A program made the position numbers and the translations under genes. From Candidatus Magasanikiibacteriota bacterium (GTDB taxonomy: Bacteria; Patescibacteriota; Patescibacteriia; Magasanikbacterales; GWA2-37-8): 64,000 nucleotides of DNA. The notes below the pieces were generated by a model, which was not told the DNA's origin, made no database searches, and saw only the letters and a program-made list of their open reading frames with translations. Positions 1 through 10,719 of this stretch are shown piece after piece. Where the stretch lies: positions 72,056-136,055 of the forward strand of contig JBAYHH010000001.1 in assembly GCA_041666265.1 (NCBI GenBank), given 5' to 3'. Every line of letters starts with the position of its first letter. Within the stretch, counting starts at the first letter, position 1.

Positions 1-2
1 AA

Positions 3-632
3 TCTTTAAAATACTTTTCTCGTAAAAAAACCATCTGGCTCGGTAATCCCGCCCGCCAACTGTCCGGCATTACTCAGGCGGAAGGAAAAAATTTTTTTGG
101 TTTTAAATTCGGCGCGCCGGTCGTTTTTGTGGTTGGCGGCGGCACCGGCAGCGCTCGACTCAATCAGATTATGATTGAGGCCTTGCCCGCTTGGCCCAAG
201 GATTGGCAAATAATTCATCTGGTCGGTCGCGATCGGCCTCGGGAGACAGCGTCCAAAGCGAGTGAGGTTTTTGATAATTATCATGTTTTTGATTTTTTTA
301 CCAAAGAGATGCGTTACGCCTACGCGGCCGCCGATGTGGTGGTGGCGCGGGCCGGGTTCAATACGATTACCGAGCTGGCTTTGTTGTCCAAGGCGGCGAT
401 ATTATCGCCTGCTCCCGGCCACCAGGAAGCCAACGCCGATTTTCTTAAAAAACATGATGCGGCCTGGACGCTCAACCAAAGTCAGGACGGGGGATTGAAG
501 CTGGTGCAGATGGTCAAAGAATTAATTTTGATTCCTCAACGCGGACGCGTGCTTGGCGAAAACATTCATCGCATTTTGCCCATCGCCGATCCCAAAGCCA
601 TCGCTGTAATCGTCGATCGTTTAATAAAATAA
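3..632 (+). CDS. murG: MurG UDP-GlcNAc:lipid I GlcNAc transferase (5' truncated by window edge)
   Basis: Frame open from base 3; motifs GNPAR, VGGGTGS, ADVVVARAGFNT, HQEANA. Confidence 0.9.
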   Translation, partial: SLKYFSRKKTIWLGNPARQLSGITQAEGKNFFGFKFGAPVVFVVGGGTGSARLNQIMIEALPAWPKDWQIIHLVGRDRPRETASKASEVFDNYHVFDFFTKEMRYAYAAADVVVARAGFNTITELALLSKAAILSPAPGHQEANADFLKKHDAAWTLNQSQDGGLKLVQMVKELILIPQRGRVLGENIHRILPIADPKAIAVIVDRLIK

Positions 633-670
633 AAAAGACCTTCCAAGTAATTCGGAAGGTCTTTTTTATT
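628..670. terminator. Bidirectional intrinsic terminator
   Basis: 17-bp inverted repeat AATAAAAAAGACCTTCC/GGAAGGTCTTTTTTATT between convergent genes. Confidence 0.85.
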
Positions 671-2987
671 ACTTCAAATTTATCTGATATAATTTATTGT
701 TATTCAAAATATACGCCCGACCATTGGCTTCGTCAATCACCGTGTCGGATGGATTATCCAATTCCGGAGCCATCAGCTGATTTTTTAATCGTCCGTCTTT
801 ACTTAAAACAATCAAGCGTTTGCCGGCGGTATCCAAAACATAAAGATAATTCAAATCAGTATAGGTCCAGATTTTATTTCCATTGGTCAGCGGGGGGTCA
901 ATTCCTTGGATGAAAAATTGCGCCATCGCTCCCGCGTTGAATTTAACAATGGTTCCGTCGGCTTTTTGAACAAATAAATCGCCATCAATCGTGATGCTGT
1001 TGCCGTTTTTTATGTCGACTGATTTATCTTTTAGCCAATTATTACCCCGAGCGAATCCGCCCTTGACTGAATCATGACGGTAGATCGTATTATTGGCAGG
1101 ATCAAGCGAATATAAACGCCGATTGTAAATCACTATACCTTTGATATCGCTATTCAAATCAGCAAACGCGTCAGTGGCGGTTCGCAATGAAAATTCTTTC
1201 GGGTCAAAAAATGCCAATTGATTTTTATTGAAAACAAACAAAATATAATCGTTTTCTTTGGGGGTGGCCGCCGCCCTGAAGCCATCGATACCCGGCAATA
1301 TTCCCGGCACGGTTTTGCTTTCTTTAGTGAGAGCGTCATAGACAAATAGCGTTGAGGTGTTGTGGCTATAAGCAATAATTTTAGTCCCCACTTTGGCCAG
1401 TCCCTCAAAATTTGTTTTACCGGATGCTTCGTTCCAGTCAAATAAAATTTGCGGCGTGACAGTGATGATTTTGCGCAATCGCGTCGCAATATCGTCCAAT
1501 GCCTTATGCATCGTGTTGCAGTCGACAATATTATCTTTGTCCGAGCATTTCAATTTTTCCAATTGCTCGCGCGCGCTCGCGATGTGGGATAGCGCGGTGA
1601 TTTCATCGCCGTAAATCAAGGCGCTTTCGCCGGCGTCTTTTTTGACGACAATCTGATCAAAAACGGTTTTGAAATCAGCTCGCGCCATCGCCCGAGTTTG
1701 TTGATGACGAATATATATGACGCTAAGCACAAAAATAATGGCGATGACAATTGATGAAAAAAGCATTATTTTCGTCATTGATGGCAACTGTTTGAAATAA
1801 ACGACAAAATTTTTCCATTCGCGTCTCCAATTGTCCAAAATCAATCCACGGCGATTTTGCCAATTGGTGACAATCAAAAATAAAAGACCGATCGTATTTA
1901 TCAGGCGGAGCAAAACGGCCCAAATAAAACCAATGATATAAAATAGTATTTTACCAAAAAGCGCTATTGATTTTTTTAAAGCGCGAGCCATCACGACGCC
2001 ATCCAACGATTGAGCAAACGCCTGTCGATTTCTTTTTTCTGAATAGTGGGAGCGCGCGTGAGCGGAGTTGATTTCCGCGGCCGGCGGACGCATTGCGATC
2101 GTTGAGTTTGATTTGGAGGTGCCGCGATTTACTTCGGAAAATCCTGAGAACATCCCTTTGAGCCTATCGTTAATCTTTGGCATCATGGAGGGGGATAAAA
2201 TACTTGAGGTTTGCTTTTCCGTGTCAAAAAAAGAGTTTAACGATTTGGCCGATCCTCCTTTGGGTAAATTTTGTTTGTGATAATGGGCGGTTTCGACGAT
2301 TTTGGCTGATTGGAAAAGATTAATGATCAATCCGCCAAACGAGAATCCGTTTTTCAGTTCGGACAATACGCGTTCGAGATGTTCGGCGCTCTGGCGCGCC
2401 GGCCTCGTGGTCACGATTTTTTCCAATCGGTCCAGATCGAAGTATTGTGTGATATGCGGGGTGCCGACAAATAAAAAGTCGTCCGGACTAATCTTGCCCT
2501 GTACCACTTGGGCAAACAGCGAATTTGACCCGCTGTCGGCATCTCCTTCGATCAAATTTAATTTTTGGTATAAACCGTTTTTATTTTTATAAAAAAGCGC
2601 CATTATCGGCTGGCCGTAAAAAGAAAAAACAATGTTGGATTTGTTGATCACACCAACGACGCAACTGAGCGAAATAGTGTCTTGGAGCAAAGCAAATCCG
2701 GCCGGGTTAATTTTACTGATAGTTTCTTCAAACAGTAAGTCGGGATTGTCGCTGTCCACGGCTTCGTAGTACTCATTCTCAATCTGATCAATAATTTCCT
2801 GTAATTTGAGTATGGTTTTAGTATCGCCGCCGTTGATTTCACAGACGGCAAAAAAATAGCCCCTTTGTCTTTCCTCATCGGTGGCCGGCTCCGTAATGTG
2901 CAAAAGCACATGAGATTTTTGTTGATTCTTCCCCTCTACAAAAAATTCATGGAGGCGCAAAGCATGTTCCATAGTGATTTTTGACAT
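669..2987 (-). CDS. Membrane protein: PP2C-like N-terminal fold, hydrophobic segments, C-terminal beta-propeller-like region
   Basis: 772-aa ORF; hydrophobic stretches mid-protein; C-terminal repeats such as LYSLDP, LFVQK, LYVLD, AYILN; domain calls by resemblance only. Confidence 0.55.
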   Translation of the reverse strand: MSKITMEHALRLHEFFVEGKNQQKSHVLLHITEPATDEERQRGYFFAVCEINGGDTKTILKLQEIIDQIENEYYEAVDSDNPDLLFEETISKINPAGFALLQDTISLSCVVGVINKSNIVFSFYGQPIMALFYKNKNGLYQKLNLIEGDADSGSNSLFAQVVQGKISPDDFLFVGTPHITQYFDLDRLEKIVTTRPARQSAEHLERVLSELKNGFSFGGLIINLFQSAKIVETAHYHKQNLPKGGSAKSLNSFFDTEKQTSSILSPSMMPKINDRLKGMFSGFSEVNRGTSKSNSTIAMRPPAAEINSAHARSHYSEKRNRQAFAQSLDGVVMARALKKSIALFGKILFYIIGFIWAVLLRLINTIGLLFLIVTNWQNRRGLILDNWRREWKNFVVYFKQLPSMTKIMLFSSIVIAIIFVLSVIYIRHQQTRAMARADFKTVFDQIVVKKDAGESALIYGDEITALSHIASAREQLEKLKCSDKDNIVDCNTMHKALDDIATRLRKIITVTPQILFDWNEASGKTNFEGLAKVGTKIIAYSHNTSTLFVYDALTKESKTVPGILPGIDGFRAAATPKENDYILFVFNKNQLAFFDPKEFSLRTATDAFADLNSDIKGIVIYNRRLYSLDPANNTIYRHDSVKGGFARGNNWLKDKSVDIKNGNSITIDGDLFVQKADGTIVKFNAGAMAQFFIQGIDPPLTNGNKIWTYTDLNYLYVLDTAGKRLIVLSKDGRLKNQLMAPELDNPSDTVIDEANGRAYILNNNKLYQINLK

Positions 2988-3115
2988 TTTAACTCATAGA
3001 TATTATACTATATGCGTCGATATGCGTAAAGTGGATAAGATGCGGGCGCGCAAACGCGTTAACGGCATTTTTCCTATCATATCATTTTCAATAAAATCAT
3101 TGATCGATCAAAAAT

Positions 3116-3709
3116 ATGCTTGAACACTTTTTTGGTTCAAAGACCCGAGTCAAGTTACTACAGATATTTTTTCGTCATCCGGAAAAACCGTTTTTTGTGC
3201 GCGAGCTTTCTCGCCTGGCTGATTTGCAATTAAATACGATTCGCCGTGAATTGGCCAATCTCGAAGGGGTGGGATTAATCGCGACAGTGGAAGGAGTAGG
3301 TGGATCGGAAGCCACCGGCACGGAGCGATCACGCTATTACAAGCTTAATTCAGCGAATTTGCTCTTGCCCGAGCTTAGAGCCTTATTATTCAAGGCGCAA
3401 GTGCTGGAAGAACAAGAGTTTATCAATATTTTAAAAGATAAAGTCGGTAAATTAAATTATTTTTTGCTTTCCGGTATTTTTTCCAATGCCAGCGACAGCC
3501 AAACCGACATGCTTTTGGTGGGCGATATCAAAGAAACCACGCTGGAGCGTCTCGTAAAAGAATTTGAAAAAGTAGTAAGCGCGCCTATTCGTTATACCGT
3601 AATGACGGACAAAGAATTCGAGGATCGACGGGAGATCGGGGATCGTTTTTTATATAGCGTGCTTGAGGCGAAACATATTTTAGTGATTGACAATTTTAAC
3701 TTAAATTAA
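3116..3709 (+). CDS. Winged-helix HTH plus degenerate nucleotidyltransferase-like domain protein
   Basis: FGSKTRVKLL...FFVRELSR...IRRELANL HTH; C-terminal LSGIF...QTDMLLVGD. Confidence 0.7.
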   Translation: MLEHFFGSKTRVKLLQIFFRHPEKPFFVRELSRLADLQLNTIRRELANLEGVGLIATVEGVGGSEATGTERSRYYKLNSANLLLPELRALLFKAQVLEEQEFINILKDKVGKLNYFLLSGIFSNASDSQTDMLLVGDIKETTLERLVKEFEKVVSAPIRYTVMTDKEFEDRREIGDRFLYSVLEAKHILVIDNFNLN

Positions 3710-3711
3710 AC

Positions 3712-4077
3712 ATGCGTTTACTGTTGGACAATTCAAGCAATGACACTATCGTTTGGATGCCGGAGAACGGCGAGTGGTTTGAGTTTGGGCAAAAATTGGG
3801 AGTGCTGGCTGGTTTGGAAGCGTTGTTAAAAAAGAAAAATGTTAAATTGGCGGATGTTTCCGGATTAGCCGTTGTGGTTGGTCGGGGGCGCTTTACCTCG
3901 ACGCGGATTGCCGCGACGGTCGCCAATACCTTGGCTTATGCTTTACAAATTCCAATTGTCGCTGTTAATGACAGCCGAGAAAAATGGTTGGATAAATTAA
4001 GTGTTCAACCGGTCGGTCAATATATTAGCGCGCAATACAGCGCCGAGGCCAATATCGGGAAAAAATTCATCGAATAA
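3712..4077 (+). CDS. tsaB: TsaB-like tRNA t6A biosynthesis protein (short form)
   Basis: GRGRFTSTRIAATVANTLA resembles TsaB GPGSFTGLRIG motif; only 121 aa. Confidence 0.75.
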   Translation: MRLLLDNSSNDTIVWMPENGEWFEFGQKLGVLAGLEALLKKKNVKLADVSGLAVVVGRGRFTSTRIAATVANTLAYALQIPIVAVNDSREKWLDKLSVQPVGQYISAQYSAEANIGKKFIE

Positions 4078-4078
4078 T

Positions 4079-5563
4079 ATGATTTCTGATTATCAGCGCT
4101 ATCGAATTTACGAAACATTACCCGCTTTGTCTGTTTGGGTTACTTTGATTGGCGGGATATTATTGTCGTTTTTTCAGCCTCTTTGGATGATTTATGCTAT
4201 TTTGGTGTTTGATGTTTATTGGGTTTTGCGTGTGACATATTTTTCTTTTTATTTGATTTTATCATGGACCAGATTTCATCGTTTCGTCCGGATTGACTGG
4301 CATCAGAAGCTACAGCTGGACAAACCGCAGTGGAAAGATAAAATCAATGTTATTTTTTTACCGGTTTATAATGAATCATACGAAGTGGTATCGGCGACTT
4401 TGTTTGGTTTAAAAAAGTCAGTCTTACCGGCCGATAAATTACTGGTTGTTATTTCAGGCGAAGGACGAATGTTGGATCACTGGCAATCTTTGCAAAAACG
4501 AATATCGGCGGAGTTTAGCGGTGTTTTTGCCGATTTGATTTTATACACCCACCCCGATCATTTACCCGATGAGATTCCCGGCAAAGGATCGAATATTCAT
4601 TATGCTGAATTTGAATTTAAAAAATACGCTGACAAAAACGGTTGGAATTACGATGATATCATCGCGTCGATATTTGATGTTGACACCTTGGTTCATCCCC
4701 AGTATTTCGCCCATCTTACTTATATGTATTGCAGTCACGCGCGTCCGACCAGGAGCTCTTATCAACCGGTGACGCTGTATAATAATAATTTGTGGGATTC
4801 GCCGGCAGTTTTGCGGATCATGGCCTTTAGCACCAGCTTTTGGATGCTTTTTAGCTTGGGGCGTCTCGATAATCTGGTGACCTTTTCTTCGCATAGCATG
4901 AGCTTTCGAGCAATTATGGATTGCGGCGGCCACGCCAAAAATATCGTGAGCGAAGACTCGCGCATTTATTTTCAATGTTACTTGCATTACGATGGCGACT
5001 ACGAAGTAACCCCGCTATATATTCCGGTTTCAATGGACACGGTGCGCGACGACAAGATTTGGCGCAGCTTGCGCAATCTTTATTATCAGCAGAGGCGTTG
5101 GGCTTGGGGCGTGGAAAATATACCGTATTTGTTGTGGCAATTTCGTCTGCATCCGAAAATCAGCTTCGTAAAAAAATTTATTTTATTATTTCACGAGTGG
5201 GAAGGCAAGTGGAGCTGGGGAGTGGTCGCGATTTTGATCACGATTCTCGGCCGTTTGCCGCTTTGGGTCGCGCCGGATGCCATTCGACAGAGCGCTTTGT
5301 TTTTTAACACGCCGTTTGTTTTGGAAAATTTGATGCGCCTGGCCATGCTCGGTCTTTTTATTTCGACCATTATGAGCATGCTCATAATGCCGCGTCGTCC
5401 CGATCGCCACTCACCGCACAAATATTTATTTATGATTGCGCAATGGGCGCTTTTACCCATTTCTTTGATTTGTTTTTCTTCGTTGCCGTGTATTGACGCC
5501 ATGACGCATCTCATGTTTGGCAAATATCTTGGTTTTAATGTGTCTGCCAAAAAACGCACCTAA
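4079..5563 (+). CDS. Processive GT2 membrane glycosyltransferase
   Basis: LPVYNE, DVD, SED and QRRW (QxxRW) motifs; multiple TM helices; ATG at 4079 just after the tsaB stop. Confidence 0.85.
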   Translation: MISDYQRYRIYETLPALSVWVTLIGGILLSFFQPLWMIYAILVFDVYWVLRVTYFSFYLILSWTRFHRFVRIDWHQKLQLDKPQWKDKINVIFLPVYNESYEVVSATLFGLKKSVLPADKLLVVISGEGRMLDHWQSLQKRISAEFSGVFADLILYTHPDHLPDEIPGKGSNIHYAEFEFKKYADKNGWNYDDIIASIFDVDTLVHPQYFAHLTYMYCSHARPTRSSYQPVTLYNNNLWDSPAVLRIMAFSTSFWMLFSLGRLDNLVTFSSHSMSFRAIMDCGGHAKNIVSEDSRIYFQCYLHYDGDYEVTPLYIPVSMDTVRDDKIWRSLRNLYYQQRRWAWGVENIPYLLWQFRLHPKISFVKKFILLFHEWEGKWSWGVVAILITILGRLPLWVAPDAIRQSALFFNTPFVLENLMRLAMLGLFISTIMSMLIMPRRPDRHSPHKYLFMIAQWALLPISLICFSSLPCIDAMTHLMFGKYLGFNVSAKKRT

Positions 5564-5567
5564 ATTT

Positions 5568-6992
5568 ATGAAATTATTGAAAATCTTATTATTAATATCA
5601 GCAACATTGGCGGTCTTGGGCGCGATCGGAGTTTATTTTTTTCAAAATGGCGTTTTGCAAGAAACTGTGATTAACGAAGCGCGAAAACAAATACCGGCGA
5701 TCGCGACCGCGCCCGATGATCTTATCCAAAATATTTTAGGCCTGAAGGCCACAAGGCATTATTTATTGTTATTTTTAAATAATACCGAAATGCGTCCCGG
5801 CGGCGGATTTATCGGGTCATACGGAGTAGTCAAAATGGAAGGCGGCCGACCGGAAATTTTGAAAGTCGAAGGCACCGAAATTTTGGATTACAGTCAAGAT
5901 GATTTTGATTTGCCGCCTCCACCCCAGCCGATCAGTGAATATTTAAAAGTGAAAAAATGGTATTTTCGCGATAGCAATTGGTCGCCGGATTTCGCGTCAT
6001 CGTCAGAGCGGGCGCTGGATTTTTATCGTCGAGAAAAAGGTTTGGCCGCCGATAGCATCGATGGAGTGATCGGCCTTACTCCGACCGTGATCGCGGAGAT
6101 TTTAAAAGTTACCGGACCGATAAAAATGGGCGGCCTTGAATTTAACAGCGATAATTTTGTGGAAAAGCTGGAGTATCAAGTGGAGTATGGTTACAAGGAG
6201 GATGATATCGCCCACAGTGATCGCAAGTTGATTTTGGGTGATTTGGCGCGCGCTCTCATGCAAAAAATTAAATACGACGCATTTTTAAACTGGAAAAAAT
6301 ATTTCGCTCTGGTCGAGAGATTGATCGCGGAAAAACAAATCATTTTTTATTCGACCGATGCCGGAGAGCAGAAATCATTGATTAATTCTGGTTGGGCCGG
6401 AGAAATGAAAAAATTCGCGGGTGATTATTTATTGTGGGCCGATGCCAACTTGGGCGCGCTGAAGACCGATTTGGCGGTCGAGAAATCGTTATCATATAGT
6501 TTGACCACCACTTCGATTGGCTATGAATCGGAAATTTCGATGACCTATCAACATTCCGGAAACATTGATTGGCGCACCAGTCGTTATCGAACTTACGCCC
6601 GCGCGTATGTGCCGGCGGGCAGTAAATTGGTGGCCGGGCAGGCAAATACCATTGGTTTAAAAACAGTCGAAAAATTAGCCGTTGATCAAGGGGTGGAAAA
6701 TGGTCGGCAGTGGTTTGGCGCTTTTGTGACCGTGGCACCGGGTCAAAGTTTGCGCTTGTCTTTTAAATATGTGCCCGCGCCCGCAATCGTAAAGATGATT
6801 GAAATGAATGATTATGGACTCTTGGTTCAAAAACAATTGGGCAGTGAAAATGTGAAATTAACACTGGGTATGGATTTTGGGAAAAAGGTGGTGTCGGCCA
6901 CGCCGCCTGAAGCTAAAGAAAAATTTGGCGACAACCGCTATGATTTACCAACTGATTTGACCACCGATCGTAAATTTGAAATCAAGTGGTGA
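5568..6992 (+). CDS. DUF4012-family membrane-anchored protein
   Basis: LFLNNTEMRPGGGFIGSYG and RDSNWSPDF motifs; N-terminal TM. Confidence 0.8.
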   Translation: MKLLKILLLISATLAVLGAIGVYFFQNGVLQETVINEARKQIPAIATAPDDLIQNILGLKATRHYLLLFLNNTEMRPGGGFIGSYGVVKMEGGRPEILKVEGTEILDYSQDDFDLPPPPQPISEYLKVKKWYFRDSNWSPDFASSSERALDFYRREKGLAADSIDGVIGLTPTVIAEILKVTGPIKMGGLEFNSDNFVEKLEYQVEYGYKEDDIAHSDRKLILGDLARALMQKIKYDAFLNWKKYFALVERLIAEKQIIFYSTDAGEQKSLINSGWAGEMKKFAGDYLLWADANLGALKTDLAVEKSLSYSLTTTSIGYESEISMTYQHSGNIDWRTSRYRTYARAYVPAGSKLVAGQANTIGLKTVEKLAVDQGVENGRQWFGAFVTVAPGQSLRLSFKYVPAPAIVKMIEMNDYGLLVQKQLGSENVKLTLGMDFGKKVVSATPPEAKEKFGDNRYDLPTDLTTDRKFEIKW

Positions 6993-7051
6993 TATTTAGA
7001 GCGGTATTTTTGGTTTTTGAAATTTATTTAGAACTTGTAATTTGATCCAGT

Positions 7052-8059
7052 ATGTTTATCAAAAAAATCGGCATCGATCTCGGCTCCAACAATGTTTTGG
7101 TTTATGTTTCCAAAAAAGGAATCGTAGTAAACGAACCGAGCGTCGTGGCTTTGTCCAAGGGCGACGGCAAGGTGCTTGCGGTCGGACTGGAGGCCAAAGA
7201 TATGATCGGGCGCACACCCGATACCATTAGCGCGCAGCAACCGGTCAAAGAAGGAGTGATCGCGAATTATCATATTACCGAAGCAATGTTGCGCTATTTT
7301 GTGAACAAAGCTTTGGGTGGGATGCGTTTGTTTCGGCCGGAAGTGATGATTGCGGTGCCGGCCGGCATTACTTCTACCGAACGCCGAGCCGTGATCGACG
7401 CCACTATCGCCGCGGGCGCGCGCGCCGCTTATATTATCAAGCAACCGATTGTGGCCGCCATTGGAGCGGATATTCCGATTGGCGCCGCGGCCGGTCATAT
7501 GGTCATCGATATTGGCGCCGGCAAGGCCGAAATCGCCGTTATTTCATTGGGTGGCATCGTGACCTGGGGTTCGGTGCGCATCGGCGGCAATAAATTCGAC
7601 AGCTCAATCGTAGATTATGTCCGTCATAAATATAATATGGCTATCGGTGAACACAGTGCCGAAGAGATTAAAATTCAGGTGGGATCGGCAATGTTTATGG
7701 ACAAGCCGATTTCCGTTGAGACCAAGGGTCGCGATATGATTGCCGGTTTGCCTCGTATTATTACCGTTAATTCTGACGATATCACCGAGGCTATTCAGCA
7801 TGATTTGGACCTGCTCACAGACGCTATTAAAGATGTTTTACACAAAACTCCGCCCGAGCTTTCCGCTGATATTATGGACAAGGGCATTATTTTGACCGGT
7901 GGTTCGGCGCAATTGCGTAATATGAGCGCGCTGATCGCGCAGTCCACCGGCGTGCCGACTTATGTGGCCGAAGAGCCCAGCCTATGTGTGGCAAAGGGGA
8001 CGGGCATTGCTCTGGAAAATCTGGAAAATTACAAGCGCAGTATCATGGCTACCAAATAA
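7052..8059 (+). CDS. mreB: Rod shape-determining protein MreB/Mbl
   Basis: IGIDLGS, NEPSVVA, DIGAG, LTGGSA motifs. Confidence 0.95.
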   Translation: MFIKKIGIDLGSNNVLVYVSKKGIVVNEPSVVALSKGDGKVLAVGLEAKDMIGRTPDTISAQQPVKEGVIANYHITEAMLRYFVNKALGGMRLFRPEVMIAVPAGITSTERRAVIDATIAAGARAAYIIKQPIVAAIGADIPIGAAAGHMVIDIGAGKAEIAVISLGGIVTWGSVRIGGNKFDSSIVDYVRHKYNMAIGEHSAEEIKIQVGSAMFMDKPISVETKGRDMIAGLPRIITVNSDDITEAIQHDLDLLTDAIKDVLHKTPPELSADIMDKGIILTGGSAQLRNMSALIAQSTGVPTYVAEEPSLCVAKGTGIALENLENYKRSIMATK

Positions 8060-8094
8060 TTGCCAAGAATCCAAAAAATTGATAAAATATTACT

Positions 8095-9045
8095 ATGCTA
8101 ATCGGTCACCGGAAAATCGAGCAATTTTTTGATAACGCCAGCGTTTATGGCGGTTTGGGACACGCCTATTGTTTGGTGGGGGTTGAAAGCGTGGGTAAAC
8201 GAGCGTTGGTCGAGCATTTGGCCGCCAAACTGATCAAAATTGCGCCGGAACGCGTTTCATCCCACCCCGACTATTATTATTTGGCGCGTTCGATAGATGA
8301 AAAGACTGACAAATTACACAAAGATATCAGTGTAGTCCAGGCGCGTGATTTGCGTGAACGCCTGCAAAATATGTCTTGGAGCGGGGGGTATCAAATCATC
8401 GTTATCGACGAAGCGGAGTTATTAAGCATTCCGGCGGCCAACGCGCTTTTGAAAATTCTCGAAGAGCCGCCCCAAAAAAGTATTTTCTTTTTACTCACTA
8501 CCGATGAACAGACGATGTTGCCCACTATTCGTTCGCGCTGTCAGCTTTTTTATTTTGCTCTCGTGGATAGTATGGAAATCAGGGCGGGATTGATCGCGCT
8601 CGGTTGCGACGAGGACACCGCGGATACAGCGGCCAAATTATCATGGGGCCGGCCGGGTAGGGCGCTGGCGTTTTGGCAGGATAGCGCCAAGCGTCAACAG
8701 TATTATTTTGAATTAAAAAGATTATCACAAATGATCGGCGCCCCTTTTCATGTCAAAATCGCGCAAGTGGATGAGTTATTTGGGAAAAAAGATGAAGATG
8801 TTCAACTCAAGCGCGGGCGCTGGCGCGAGGTAATTAAAATTTGGCAAATGGTATGGCGCGACGCTTTATTGTCAAAATTATCAGCGGGCAAAGGCGAGAG
8901 CACTGAAAGCGATTTGATAAAATATAGCGCGGTGCCGGCGCAAAAAATCACAATGATTATCGATCGGCTCACGAACGCGGAAAAATTAATGGGAGAAAAT
9001 ATCAATCCGCGTCTGCTTATCGAAGAATTGATTACCGAATTTTAA
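8095..9045 (+). CDS. holB: DNA polymerase III delta-prime subunit
   Basis: HPD, AANALLKILEEPP, LPTIRSRC. Confidence 0.9.
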   Translation: MLIGHRKIEQFFDNASVYGGLGHAYCLVGVESVGKRALVEHLAAKLIKIAPERVSSHPDYYYLARSIDEKTDKLHKDISVVQARDLRERLQNMSWSGGYQIIVIDEAELLSIPAANALLKILEEPPQKSIFFLLTTDEQTMLPTIRSRCQLFYFALVDSMEIRAGLIALGCDEDTADTAAKLSWGRPGRALAFWQDSAKRQQYYFELKRLSQMIGAPFHVKIAQVDELFGKKDEDVQLKRGRWREVIKIWQMVWRDALLSKLSAGKGESTESDLIKYSAVPAQKITMIIDRLTNAEKLMGENINPRLLIEELITEF

Positions 9046-9070
9046 AACATTAAAAAATAATTTAATTTAT

Positions 9071-10162
9071 ATGCGGTCAAAAATATTTCTTTTGGGGGCG
9101 CTCGCGGTCGCGACGGTTTTACTTGGCGCGGGTTGTATTTCACTGGGTGGCGGATCTTCGTCGGTGGGTCCGATGGGTATGTTTCGCTCTGTCGATAAAG
9201 GCGATACTTGGTCGGCGATTACCGCCTATCCCACCGCCAAAGGAGTGGGCAGTATTTCCGGTTTAAAAATTTTTCGTCTGTATAATGACCCCACCGATCC
9301 CAATGCCTATTATGCGGCCACGCGCGGGCAGGGTATGTATTTTACCTATAACAACGGCGATAGCTGGCAAACAATTTCCGCTTTGGCCGGCAAGTTTATT
9401 TACGGTTTTGATATCGACTCCAAAGATAAATGCACTCTTTACGCGGCCGACAACGCGCATATATATAAATCCACCGATTGTTCGCGCACTTGGGTGACTG
9501 TCTATACCGAGGAACGACCAACCCAACGGTTTGTGTCGCTCGCGATTGATAAAGGCGACAGTAATTATTTGTATGCCGCTGAAGTGGGCGGAGATATTTT
9601 GCAAAGCAGTGATGCCGGAGTCAGTTGGAAAATTGTCAAGCGATTTGGTTTTGACCTCCAGCATTTGGTGGCGGATCCGCAGTTATCCAAGCGCATCTAT
9701 GCGGCGGCATACCGCAAAGGGTTATTTCGTTCTGATGACGGTGGCGTGACTTGGGTTGATTTGAACGCCGGCCTCAATGCTTATAACGACAGCAAAACAT
9801 TTTATCGTTTGGTGTTAAATCCGGCCCAGACCAACAGTCTGTTTTGGATTTCCAAATACGGTATTTTGCGATCAGACGATGCCGGAGTTACCTGGAGCGA
9901 GCTCAAATTACTGACACCACCGGGTAATGTCAGTATCTATGCTTTTGCCATCAATCCAAAAAATCAAAAAGAAATATATTACACCGGCACTATTTTGGGT
10001 GATAAAAATGTTCATGTCCGTTCCACTTTTTATAAATCAGTGGACGGCGGCATCAATTGGGTGACCAAAAACTTGCCGACTAATACCGTGCCGGCTTCGA
10101 TGCTCATTCATCCGGTCAATACCAAAATTTTATTTTTAGGTTTTACTTTGTTAGATAACTAA
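9071..10162 (+). CDS. Lipoprotein with BNR/Asp-box repeats (beta-propeller)
   Basis: Lipobox LGAGC; repeated SxDxGxxW (SVDKGDTW, SSDAGVSW, SDDGGVTW, SDDAGVTW, SVDGGINW). Confidence 0.85.
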   Translation: MRSKIFLLGALAVATVLLGAGCISLGGGSSSVGPMGMFRSVDKGDTWSAITAYPTAKGVGSISGLKIFRLYNDPTDPNAYYAATRGQGMYFTYNNGDSWQTISALAGKFIYGFDIDSKDKCTLYAADNAHIYKSTDCSRTWVTVYTEERPTQRFVSLAIDKGDSNYLYAAEVGGDILQSSDAGVSWKIVKRFGFDLQHLVADPQLSKRIYAAAYRKGLFRSDDGGVTWVDLNAGLNAYNDSKTFYRLVLNPAQTNSLFWISKYGILRSDDAGVTWSELKLLTPPGNVSIYAFAINPKNQKEIYYTGTILGDKNVHVRSTFYKSVDGGINWVTKNLPTNTVPASMLIHPVNTKILFLGFTLLDN

Positions 10163-10167
10163 TCCAT

Positions 10168-10719
10168 ATGTTGAACATTAATGATTTCAAGAGCGACTTC
10201 GCCAAAGTGATCGACTTTTTGAAGCAGGATATTTCGGGTTTGCGCACCGGGCGGGCATCGTCGGCACTAGTGGAGGGGATTTTGGTTGAGGCTTATGGCA
10301 CACGCCAGCCGCTCAAGGCGGTGGCCTCGATTGTAGTCCAAGACGCCAAGACTTTGGTTTTGGAGCCGTGGGATAAAACTGTTTTGGCCTCCGTGGAAAA
10401 AAGTATTCGCGAATCCGGCATCGGCATCAACCCCAATAACGATGGACGCATTATTCGTCTGTGTTTGCCCGAGCTCACCGCCGATCGCCGTAGCGAGCTC
10501 ATCAAAGTTTTGCATCAAAAACTCGAATCCGCGCGCGTGTCGGTGCGCAAGGTGCGCGAAGAGGCGCGCGAGATGGTAATCATGGAAGAAAAAGAGAAAT
10601 CCATCGGCGAAGACGAGAAATTTAAATTACTCGATGAGCTGGAAAAAATGGTAAAAGATTTTAACGATCAAATCAAATCCGTAGGCGAGAAGAAAGAGGA
10701 GGAAATCACTACAGTGTAA
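10168..10719 (+). CDS. frr: Ribosome recycling factor
   Basis: LRTGRAS, GINPNNDG, PELTADRR. Confidence 0.95.
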   Translation: MLNINDFKSDFAKVIDFLKQDISGLRTGRASSALVEGILVEAYGTRQPLKAVASIVVQDAKTLVLEPWDKTVLASVEKSIRESGIGINPNNDGRIIRLCLPELTADRRSELIKVLHQKLESARVSVRKVREEAREMVIMEEKEKSIGEDEKFKLLDELEKMVKDFNDQIKSVGEKKEEEITTV

